Shown here: piece by piece, positions 37,215 through 45,510 of the stretch
Layout: every line of letters starts with the position of its first letter
Position numbering within the stretch: position 1 is the first letter of the stretch
Sequence record: DRR378314_123
DNA length: 64,000 bases
Direction: 5' to 3' (one strand)
Translations under genes and position numbers: made by a program
Notes under the pieces: generated by a model
The model's input: the letters and a program-made list of their open reading frames with translations, nothing else
What the model was told of the DNA's origin: nothing
Database searches by the model: none

Positions 37215-38297
37215 ATGAACACACCCGTGCACTCCCGGCCCATCAACGACCGAATCGACTGGCTGATGGACCTGAGCCTGAACCACTCAGCCAGCTTCTG
37301 CAGCCCCGAGAACCACCTGGCCCGCCAGCGCTACCTGGCGGAACACAACACGCTTATCATTGCCATGAAATGCATGGACGGACGTATCCACCTGCCCTAC
37401 GTCACCCGCACACCGCTGGGCATTATTCACCCGTTCCGCAATCTCGGCGGCATCTTCGACCTTGGCTGGCCCTACCTTGGAGACATGCTGGCAGATACCG
37501 TTCAGGAAGCGGTAGGCGCGGGGCGGCGAGTCTTGATCATCATCACCTATCATTTTTCCAGGGGCGCCCGGGAACGGGGATGTGCCGGATTCAATTGCGA
37601 CCGGGAGGCCGCACAAGCCCATGCCTTCAGCATCCGCAGCCAGCTTGAGCTGCTTTTCGGCAGCGGCCACCAGACGGTCTACCCGCTGGTGTGCGGCTTT
37701 GAAACCGACGAGGACGCCCTGATACTTCACGGCCGGGACAATCAGGTACTGGACCTGTCGACCGTACCGCCTGCCGACGCCACGGATATCGGTTCTCGCA
37801 TCGCGGCCCTCTGCCCGGATTTGCCGATACCCGTACAGAGGGATCTGCTACCGCTGGTCCAGGGCAATATTCGACATATCACCGATATTCGGCAAAGCGA
37901 CCGGGAACTCAACATCGAGCACAGGGAGTGGGTGATCTGCATCGGCCGCGGGTTCGACTTTCTCCACGTGCCCAATGTAGCCCTGATTATCGGCCCTTAC
38001 AGCCCAGACCTGTCCCATCCTATCCGCCAGGCTGCCGGCATTATCAAAGCCAACATGGAAAGCGGACGTATACCGGACGATGGTTTCCTGTTGCTTTCCT
38101 CGGCACCCTATCTGGAACCTGGAACCCAGAAAGCACGTGCTACTCTCAAGTCCGCATTTTTATCGGGCTTTGCGGCCAACGTCATCCAACAGGATTTTCC
38201 AGAGTTGGCTGGGCGCATGATCACCCGTTCGGCTATCCTGAACTGGCCGGAACGACGCCTTGAAATACAATCCGAAATCGCCGAGCGGGACATCTGA
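37215..38297 (+). CDS. Carboxysome-shell carbonic anhydrase (CsoSCA)-like beta-CA domain protein
   Basis: KCMDGR (CxDxR) and YHFSRGARERGCAG (H-x9-C) Zn-ligand pattern; H.E..I.IGRGF motif. Confidence 0.65.
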   Translation: MNTPVHSRPINDRIDWLMDLSLNHSASFCSPENHLARQRYLAEHNTLIIAMKCMDGRIHLPYVTRTPLGIIHPFRNLGGIFDLGWPYLGDMLADTVQEAVGAGRRVLIIITYHFSRGARERGCAGFNCDREAAQAHAFSIRSQLELLFGSGHQTVYPLVCGFETDEDALILHGRDNQVLDLSTVPPADATDIGSRIAALCPDLPIPVQRDLLPLVQGNIRHITDIRQSDRELNIEHREWVICIGRGFDFLHVPNVALIIGPYSPDLSHPIRQAAGIIKANMESGRIPDDGFLLLSSAPYLEPGTQKARATLKSAFLSGFAANVIQQDFPELAGRMITRSAILNWPERRLEIQSEIAERDI

Positions 38298-38332
38298 ACC
38301 TCCGCTCCATCAATGAAAACAAGGAGACTGGA

Positions 38333-38734
38333 ATGCAGACCATTAGAAAGCACCTGCGATACGTATCGTTCGTCATGGCTATCATGATGGCCTTCGGTTC
38401 TGTCTGGGCCTCATCCGCCACGGCCGGCATGGTTGGAACCGATGAGTTGCTGACAGAGCAGCGGGTAGACTTGGACCGCCAGTCACTGCTCAACATGCTT
38501 GAGCGGGATGACGTAAAGGAAAAACTGGCGGACATGGGTGTCAGTCAGGAGCAAGTCGAGCAACGCATCCAGAACCTGACGCCAGAGGAACTGTCGGCCT
38601 TTGAACAACAACTGGCGGAGGCGCCGGTTGGCGAGGGCGTTGTCGGGATCATCGTCCTGTTCCTGCTGGTGTTCATCATTACCGACATGCTCTGCGCCAC
38701 CAACATCTTCCCATTCATCAACTGTATCCGGTAG
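38333..38734 (+). CDS. PA2779-family secreted/membrane protein
   Basis: Signal peptide (ATA|GM), LADMGVS..RIQNLTPEEL and a hydrophobic C-terminus FIITDML. Confidence 0.82.
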   Translation: MQTIRKHLRYVSFVMAIMMAFGSVWASSATAGMVGTDELLTEQRVDLDRQSLLNMLERDDVKEKLADMGVSQEQVEQRIQNLTPEELSAFEQQLAEAPVGEGVVGIIVLFLLVFIITDMLCATNIFPFINCIR

Positions 38735-38746
38735 CGCACTAACTCC

Positions 38747-39742
38747 GTGATCAATCCTACCCTACCGCAGCTGCTACGGGTCGTTGTCAGTCTTGTACTG
38801 GCAACGGTTCTGGCGGGCTGCGCCAGCCATGTACAATGGCCGGAGACCCTGGACGACACGACCAGTGCGGGCCAGCGGCACGTGCTGGATCATGTTCCCT
38901 TCTACGCCCAGGAACGTTACCAGTGCGGCCCGGCGTCTCTGGCTATGATGCTCAACAGCCAGGGTCTGGATACCAACCCCGCTGTGCTGAAAGAGCTGGT
39001 ATACCTGCCTGCGCGCCAAGGCAGCCTGAAAGTCGAAATGGTGGCGGCCGCACGGGCCCATGGCCTGCTGGTTTACCCCCTGGACGGCTCATTGGAAAGC
39101 CTGCTGGAGGAAATCGCTGCCGGCCACCCGGTTCTGGTCATGCAGAATCTGCGGTTCGGCTGGTGGCCACAGTGGCATTTCGCCGTGGTCATCGGTTATG
39201 ACGCCCGGGAACGCACACTCGTCCTGAATACAGACACCCGCGAACAGCATGAAGAAACACTGGACGTGTTCATAGCCACGTGGGATCGCGCAGACAACTG
39301 GGCCACGGTCATCCTGCCGCCGGCCCAACTGCCTGCAACGGCGCAACCCCTGCGCTATCTGACATCCGCCAACGACCTCGAAACCACCGGCAGGACCATC
39401 GCTGCCACAGAGGCCTATCAAACGGCCGAACAAACCTGGCCGGACCAACCGGCTGCCATCATGGGACAAGGTAATATTGCCTGGCAACAGGGTCATTTGG
39501 ATCTGGCCACGCGTCACTTCCTGAGGCTGACCGACACATTCCCGAACCTGGCCGCGGGCTGGAACAACCTGGCCCATGCGTTGGCCACCCAAGGCTGCGC
39601 GGCGGAAGCCGAAACCGCAGCCAGCTGCGCCAGCGCGATCAATCCCGAGCGTTTCGACGGCAATATCCAGAACGGTAGCAAGCGCAACAACGCCAGCCCG
39701 GTTGAATGTCCGGTGCTGGATTGCCCGGCCCCGCTGCCTTAG
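38747..39742 (+). CDS. PA2778-family C39-like cysteine peptidase lipoprotein with TPR
   Basis: Lipobox LAGC, VPFYAQERYQCGPASLAM, WHFAVVIGYD and TPR (WNNLA). Confidence 0.87.
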   Translation: MINPTLPQLLRVVVSLVLATVLAGCASHVQWPETLDDTTSAGQRHVLDHVPFYAQERYQCGPASLAMMLNSQGLDTNPAVLKELVYLPARQGSLKVEMVAAARAHGLLVYPLDGSLESLLEEIAAGHPVLVMQNLRFGWWPQWHFAVVIGYDARERTLVLNTDTREQHEETLDVFIATWDRADNWATVILPPAQLPATAQPLRYLTSANDLETTGRTIAATEAYQTAEQTWPDQPAAIMGQGNIAWQQGHLDLATRHFLRLTDTFPNLAAGWNNLAHALATQGCAAEAETAASCASAINPERFDGNIQNGSKRNNASPVECPVLDCPAPLP

Positions 39743-40455
39743 ACCTTCCGGAACAGCGCCACGTCCTTTGCCGGAATATCCAGTCGCCAGCCATACGTGC
39801 TTGCCAGCCAGGCCATGGTGAATTCCCGGTAAAACACAATGTGGGTCGGGTCCCGTCGGTAATGCCAGTTGGCAAAGCGGTGATCGTCGGTCTGGAAGCA
39901 GGTCATCACGCCCAGCCAGCCACCCGTTTTCAGGAGCGAGTCCAATCGACGAAACGTTTCCGCCGGGCGATGCAGGTGTTCCACCACCTCCGTACAGGTC
40001 ACAAAGTCATACCGCCCGTCCAGAACGGTCGTGTCCGGGTGAAAAAAGGGATCATAGAGCGCCATGTGCGCGCCCGCTTCCTGCAGCATCCCGGCCAGCG
40101 CCGGCCCAGGCCCACAGCCAAAATCGAGGCCACTGGCGCCCGGCTCCAGTCGTTCCAGCAACGGACGGGTCAGGCGCGATAGGAAGCGGCGATAACCCTC
40201 ATCGTCCGGGTTATTGTCGTGGAGGTCGTATATCTCCCTCTCCTGCCGCTCATCCAGCCAACACGACGAGTCCATGACGGTTGCCTCACAGGTTTCACAC
40301 CGATAATACGGCGTGTCCTTGATTGTCTGGAACGGCACCAGAGCATGTGTCTCACACACCGGACAGGGCGCTTTCAAGGCAGATCTCCTGCAAAATCTAA
40401 CGAATGTTTCATTGTCATTTCCGGCCATCAAACCAGAACCGTGAACGATGAGCAA
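39739..40455 (-). CDS. Class I SAM-dependent methyltransferase with N-terminal CxxC Zn ribbon
   Basis: CPVC/CETC, LDFGCGPGP, EVVEH and WHYRRDPTH. The true start is probably downstream of 40455. Confidence 0.87.
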   Translation of the reverse strand: MLIVHGSGLMAGNDNETFVRFCRRSALKAPCPVCETHALVPFQTIKDTPYYRCETCEATVMDSSCWLDERQEREIYDLHDNNPDDEGYRRFLSRLTRPLLERLEPGASGLDFGCGPGPALAGMLQEAGAHMALYDPFFHPDTTVLDGRYDFVTCTEVVEHLHRPAETFRRLDSLLKTGGWLGVMTCFQTDDHRFANWHYRRDPTHIVFYREFTMAWLASTYGWRLDIPAKDVALFRKV

Positions 40456-40550
40456 AATAGACCCACGGAACCCTGCCTATACTGAACCGAGAATAGAGTA
40501 AACAACTGTACGCCGAATGCGACAGTTTCACTTAAAGAAGGCTACCTCTC

Positions 40551-41585
40551 ATGGAACGAACGGTGGAAACTTCCAGTCGAATGGCGCTCGAAGTGCCGCT
40601 GATCTCGGCGCGCTATGCCCGGCAGTTTATCCGGTTTATGGAACGCAAGGGCGTTCGGCGCCACGCCATCCTTGGAGACACTGACATCTCCAACGAGATG
40701 CTGGACGACCCCGATGCCAGCCTCTCAATGGGACAGGTCCGGCAACTGCTGGGCAAGGCGGAATGGCTCATGGGCGACGATCGCGCGGCCTTCCAGTTCG
40801 GTCAGCAACTGGACCTTCCGGCCCACGGGTTGCTGGGTTTTGCCGTGCTCGGCCAGGAAAACCCCCGCCGGCTGATCAGCATGATTGTCCAGTACCTGCG
40901 AGTGGGGCTGCCACTGATGGACATGGACCTGAGCTCAACCGGATCCACCTTCCGCATACAACTGATCGACACCTGGGGACTTGGCGACCTGCGCCCCTGC
41001 CTGACCAAGATCTACATGGGCAGTATCCACCGGATATCTTCCCAGGTGTGCAAACACTTCTGTTTCGAATTCGATTTCGGCTCATCCCTGGAGCCGGAAC
41101 AGTGGCGCAGCATCGCCGACGACTGCGAGTTCCGGTTCAATGCTCCAGCCAGCCAGGTCACCATGCCATTGTCCGGTCGCCCCATTCGTCAGGACGAGAC
41201 CGGTCTGGAGTTTATCCTGGCCAACGCACGCTCGCGGGAGCGGCAACCGTCCGAACAGGCCGATGAAACGGTCATGCAGGTACGAGAGATGATCATGAGC
41301 CAACCGGGCCGCCCCTGCACCATGGACAACCTTGCCCGCAGGCTCGACATAAGCCCCCGCACCCTGCGACAGCACTTGTCGACCGCCGGCACCTCGTTCA
41401 GGGAACTCAGAAACGACATCCGCCAGAACTTCGCGACACTGTATCTCACCGATACCGCCATCCCCCTGGACTCCATTGCTGAAAAGCTGGGGTTCAGCGA
41501 TCAGGCTGGTTTCACAAAAGCCTATCGCTCCTGGACGGGTCACACCCCGGGAGATATTCGCCGCCAGTCGCGGGATCGCAAATAG
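40551..41585 (+). CDS. AraC-family transcriptional regulator
   Basis: HGLLGFA N-terminal domain, SPRTLRQHL and LGFSDQAGFTKAYRSWTG. Confidence 0.93.
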   Translation: MERTVETSSRMALEVPLISARYARQFIRFMERKGVRRHAILGDTDISNEMLDDPDASLSMGQVRQLLGKAEWLMGDDRAAFQFGQQLDLPAHGLLGFAVLGQENPRRLISMIVQYLRVGLPLMDMDLSSTGSTFRIQLIDTWGLGDLRPCLTKIYMGSIHRISSQVCKHFCFEFDFGSSLEPEQWRSIADDCEFRFNAPASQVTMPLSGRPIRQDETGLEFILANARSRERQPSEQADETVMQVREMIMSQPGRPCTMDNLARRLDISPRTLRQHLSTAGTSFRELRNDIRQNFATLYLTDTAIPLDSIAEKLGFSDQAGFTKAYRSWTGHTPGDIRRQSRDRK

Positions 41586-41840
41586 ACCTTTCCTCTCCAC
41601 CATCAGGATTTGAAGGGCGTCACGAAATTGGAATTTCCCCGGCCCTCTCTCCGCTTTGAACAAAAACCTTGCCGGCCTTAGCAATGACCCAAACCGCTCA
41701 GCGGCGGCTAAATGACACTGCGTCTTGGTTCAACCATTGCGCAGCCATAAAGGGACACATTGCAAGACCGATACAGCAGTCCTCATCGGTGCTTTCTGCA
41801 TACCCATACAACAAAGATTGAAACCCTAGAGGACGAACTC

Positions 41841-43652
41841 ATGAAACTCAGGAATCCCAACAATAGCGTCCGCACGCTCGGTACTGCGATAGCAGCCGCG
41901 GCGCTGATGACCGGTGGAGGCAATGCATTTGCCGAGCCGGTGTCACTGGAACTGGAATTCACCTGCCCATTCCCGCTGATTGGCGAACAACCGATTCGAG
42001 CGCAGATCAGCGCCGATGTACCCACCCAGGCAACGGTTGGGCAGCCCACACCCGAATTCACCGTCGACGCCCTGACCACCGTGAATGAAGATTCTCGGCT
42101 GGGCCTCAAGCTGGTCGGCTCTGCCACCATCGAGGGCACCGCGACCAACGAAACCACCGTTGTCACACCGAATCGTGAGATTGACCTGACGGTGCCACTG
42201 GCCATTCCCCAGTCACCCATACCCGATGAAACCGGCGAATTTACCGTGCCAGCCCAGGGTACGTCGCCCGCCATCACCTTCAACGAGGACGATGTTGGTG
42301 AAGCCGTCATCACCATCGGCGGCCTCACACTCGACATGATCGCCCGGGTCGAGAACGGCGACATTGCCCCCGCGCCCATCGGCGAATTCACCTCCGCATG
42401 TGTACAGAACGCAGGCCAGGACAACATTCTGCAGACCATACAGGTGGTTCCCGACGAGCAGTTTGAACCCCGTATCGCCGTCAGCCCGGAGAACATCGAC
42501 TTCGGTAACGTGCAGGCCGGTACCACTGCGGAAGAAGTGGTTACCATCTCCAACACTGGTCAGGCCGAGTTGGGCATCAACAACATCAGCCTTGGTGGTG
42601 CGGACGCCGCCGCGTTCACCCAGACCAACAGCTGTACCACGGTTGCTGCCGGTGAAAGCTGTGACGTGAACGTGACCTACATCCCAGACGGTGAAGGCGA
42701 TCAGAGCGCCACGCTGAGCATTGAGTCTGGCGACACCGAAAACCCGGTGGTGGACGTTCCGCTGACGGGCACCAGTGTGCTCGCGCCCGTGCCGGAAATC
42801 ACCGTCACGCCCGAGGACGTCAGCTTTGGCTCCGTGATGCTGGGTGAAACCGCCACTGCGCAGGTCACCATTGCCAACGAGGGCACCGCCTCACTGATGA
42901 TCAACGCCATCGAGATTGCCGGCACCAACAGCAGCGATTTCACCCAGACCAACGACTGCACAACCGTTGCTCAGGACGAAAGCTGTACTGTTGATATCAG
43001 CTTCATGCCCTCTGCCGCCGGTGGACGCAGCGCGACGCTCAACATCGCCTCTGACGATCCGGAAACCCCGGACGTGTCCGTGGCACTGAGTGGTCAGGGC
43101 AACGACGGCAGTGACGATGTCCTTGAGGTGCTCCTGGACCTGGAAGGGCAAACCGACATCAAGGCCTCGGGCAGCTCACTGCCCCTGAATGGCAGCATTG
43201 CCACCCAGCTGGAGCTGGCAACTGGCATGTTCGAGGCAGATCTTGCAATTGATCCGACCCAGGGTCAGTTCAAGATTCCACTGCTGTTCAAGAGCCTGAC
43301 AGCGAACGCCAAAGTGCAGTTCGAGCAAGCCGACATGACCACAGGCACGCTGATTGACGGCAACCTCACTGCCAACTCCTCACTGTACGTGGAGGTACCG
43401 AAGGTCACCGTACGTCTGTTCGGGCTGAGGATTCCAGTTGGTGGTGGCAAAAACTGCCGCACGGCTGATCCGGTCAGCATCGAGTTGGCTTCGGTGGAAG
43501 GCACCAACTTCTCGCTGTCCGAGGGCGGCGATGTAACTGGCAACTACACACTGCCACCTCTGCAGAACTGCGGTCCGCTGACCGACGTTCTCAACCAGTT
43601 CCTCGCGGGTCCGGACAATGGCATTGACCTGACATTGACCCCGAACCTCTGA
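41841..43652 (+). CDS. Secreted acidic beta-rich protein: DUF6801-like N-domain, two ASH/choice-of-anchor-D Ig-like repeats, Cys-paired C-domain
   Basis: Signal peptide AFA|EP, FTCPFPLIG, two repeats with I.V.PE.(I/V).FG...I.N.G...F.QTN.C......SC, and C-terminal GGGKNCRT..LQNCG. Confidence 0.72.
   Translation: MKLRNPNNSVRTLGTAIAAAALMTGGGNAFAEPVSLELEFTCPFPLIGEQPIRAQISADVPTQATVGQPTPEFTVDALTTVNEDSRLGLKLVGSATIEGTATNETTVVTPNREIDLTVPLAIPQSPIPDETGEFTVPAQGTSPAITFNEDDVGEAVITIGGLTLDMIARVENGDIAPAPIGEFTSACVQNAGQDNILQTIQVVPDEQFEPRIAVSPENIDFGNVQAGTTAEEVVTISNTGQAELGINNISLGGADAAAFTQTNSCTTVAAGESCDVNVTYIPDGEGDQSATLSIESGDTENPVVDVPLTGTSVLAPVPEITVTPEDVSFGSVMLGETATAQVTIANEGTASLMINAIEIAGTNSSDFTQTNDCTTVAQDESCTVDISFMPSAAGGRSATLNIASDDPETPDVSVALSGQGNDGSDDVLEVLLDLEGQTDIKASGSSLPLNGSIATQLELATGMFEADLAIDPTQGQFKIPLLFKSLTANAKVQFEQADMTTGTLIDGNLTANSSLYVEVPKVTVRLFGLRIPVGGGKNCRTADPVSIELASVEGTNFSLSEGGDVTGNYTLPPLQNCGPLTDVLNQFLAGPDNGIDLTLTPNL
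42465..43100 (+). repeat. Two tandem intragenic Ig-like repeats of about 108 aa
   Basis: TTCACCCAGACCAAC recurs at 42615 and 42939; protein FTQTNSCTTVA / FTQTNDCTTVA. Confidence 0.85.
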
Positions 43653-43661
43653 GGGAAGTAA

Positions 43662-43722
43662 GGGAGGCCCCCAGAGGCCTCCCGGTTTGCCGGTACCCGA
43701 CCTTTCGAGTACCGGCAAACCG
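43662..43722. promoter_or_regulatory. Two back-to-back intergenic hairpins without a U-tract
   Basis: GGGAGGCC/GGCCTCCC (43662-43683) and a perfect 14-bp stem CGGTTTGCCGGTAC/GTACCGGCAAACCG (43683-43722). Confidence 0.75.
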
Positions 43723-43751
43723 CCATAACAACACCAGGAAGGATGATAACA

Positions 43752-44576
43752 ATGAAAAGCCTGAAGCAATCAGCGTTAGTGTTAGCCATGGCCGGCCTGC
43801 CTCTGAGCGGGTATGCCGAACTCAAACCACTGCATGACGCCGACATGGGCCAGATTACCGGCCAGGCCGGCGTTACCATTGAACTCGAAACCCAGGTCAC
43901 CATGGACGAGTTCACCTACACCGATGAAGGCACGCTGGGTATCAGCGACATCTTCATTGGCGGTGCGGATCGCATCGATATGTTCGAGGAATTCACCTCT
44001 GGCCGCGATGCCATTTTCGGCACCAGCAGCACAGACCTGATCGACAACATCAAAATTGAACTGGATGTTGCCGACGATGGTGACGCCATTATCAACGTAT
44101 TCCCCATCACCGCACGGCCGGTGGACTTCGCCGTACGTACCGGCGCCTGGGAGCTGCGGGGCAATGGCGGCGAGAGCACATTGCTGGCGGATAACTTCTC
44201 TGCCGAAGGCCTTATACTCCAGGCCCAGGCAACCGTGGATACCGACACGGACACCCTCAACCTGACCACCCGGTTCGCTATCGACGAGCTGGAACTGGAT
44301 GTGCCTTTCATGGCGGTGGGGATTCGTGACATGCGCATTACCGGCGCCGGTTACGACCCGGACAACCCCTCACTTCTGCCATTGTTCACACTGGTGGATA
44401 TGGACATCTACAAGGATGCCAATGCGGCGGGTACCGACAGCCTGGCTATCGACATCAACACCTTTGAGGCCGATATGTCGATTGGCCAGGTGCTGGTGGG
44501 CGGCACCTCCATCGGATCGGTGGGACTGGATGACCTTGCTATCCGAAACACCTCGATGCGGGTCTACGGGCACTGA
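43752..44576 (+). CDS. DUF6160-family (FilA-like) secreted protein
   Basis: Signal peptide GYA|EL, ELKPLHDADMGQITGQAGVTIEL, YTDEG and C-terminal SIG..MRVYGH. Confidence 0.78.
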   Translation: MKSLKQSALVLAMAGLPLSGYAELKPLHDADMGQITGQAGVTIELETQVTMDEFTYTDEGTLGISDIFIGGADRIDMFEEFTSGRDAIFGTSSTDLIDNIKIELDVADDGDAIINVFPITARPVDFAVRTGAWELRGNGGESTLLADNFSAEGLILQAQATVDTDTDTLNLTTRFAIDELELDVPFMAVGIRDMRITGAGYDPDNPSLLPLFTLVDMDIYKDANAAGTDSLAIDINTFEADMSIGQVLVGGTSIGSVGLDDLAIRNTSMRVYGH

Positions 44577-44584
44577 TGGCCTTT

Positions 44585-44610
44585 GCTCTCCGGGCCTGAG
44601 TCCGGAGAGC
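44585..44610. terminator. Hairpin between convergent genes
   Basis: GCTCTCCGG-N8-CCGGAGAGC. Confidence 0.55.
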
Positions 44611-44630
44611 ACCCCCAACCCGGCGTATCT

Positions 44631-44948
44631 TCACAACGCCCCGAACAGCACCACCATCACCACCGCCAGGAACAACAGGAACCAGGTCGCGTAACGGTTG
44701 GCCCGGTCTTCCACCTCTGCCGGGCCGGTCTCCGATGGACCTGCCGACTCATACTCGGCCACCAGGGTGCGGGCCAGCACGTAATCTTCATCCTCAACGT
44801 GGACATTGGTAAACCCGGCGGCCCCGATTTCGCCCATGGCACCCTGAAGGTAGTGGCCACCCACATGCGATTCAATACCCCTGGACTGCAACATGCCGGC
44901 AATTATATGGGCTTCCGCAATATCTCGGGCACGATAGGCTATTTGCAT
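44631..44948 (-). CDS. DUF2007-family protein with C-terminal TM
   Basis: EAHIIAGMLQSRGI..YLQGAMGE. Confidence 0.8.
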   Translation of the reverse strand: MQIAYRARDIAEAHIIAGMLQSRGIESHVGGHYLQGAMGEIGAAGFTNVHVEDEDYVLARTLVAEYESAGPSETGPAEVEDRANRYATWFLLFLAVVMVVLFGAL

Positions 44949-45025
44949 TGGCAGGCTCCGATGACGTCCAATGGTGTCTTATTGAACCCTAGCCTGCTTC
45001 CGTACGTTCGTCGATCTGCGGATGA

Positions 45026-45403
45026 CTATTTTGGCAGTCGACCGGTTCGCTCCAGCCGTTCGCTAACCCAGTGGTGATAGAGCTTGGCCAGCGCCGGACG
45101 GATCATCGGCAAACCGATCAGCCAGGCCAGCGGTTTCAGCACCCATACCCGCGACATCAGCAGAATATAGGCATCCAGCTCGCGATGAATGGTGCCCTGG
45201 CCATCCTCAACGTGCAGCTCCTTGAGCGCAGCCACCGGCTCAATGCCACGCTGCTTCAGTTCGTCGTCACGGCCAGTGATATCCACCCACTCCACCGAGT
45301 CGCCAGTCTTACCCGCCAGTCGCTCATAGAGTTTGCGATCTTTCACGCAGCTTGGACAGGCGCCATCGTAAAACACACGAAGCCGCTCTTCTGGCGTCGT
45401 CAT
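45026..45403 (-). CDS. DCC-family (DUF393) thiol-disulfide oxidoreductase
   Basis: FYDGACPSC (DxxCxxC). Confidence 0.85.
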   Translation of the reverse strand: MTTPEERLRVFYDGACPSCVKDRKLYERLAGKTGDSVEWVDITGRDDELKQRGIEPVAALKELHVEDGQGTIHRELDAYILLMSRVWVLKPLAWLIGLPMIRPALAKLYHHWVSERLERTGRLPK

Positions 45404-45510
45404 AGCCCCCTCCATTTGTTGCATCGCATTCACTTGATTACACGATAAAACAATGATTACTGTTATCAAAACAATCAGATCATCGCCGCAAGGGAACGGG
45501 TGTAGCGACC

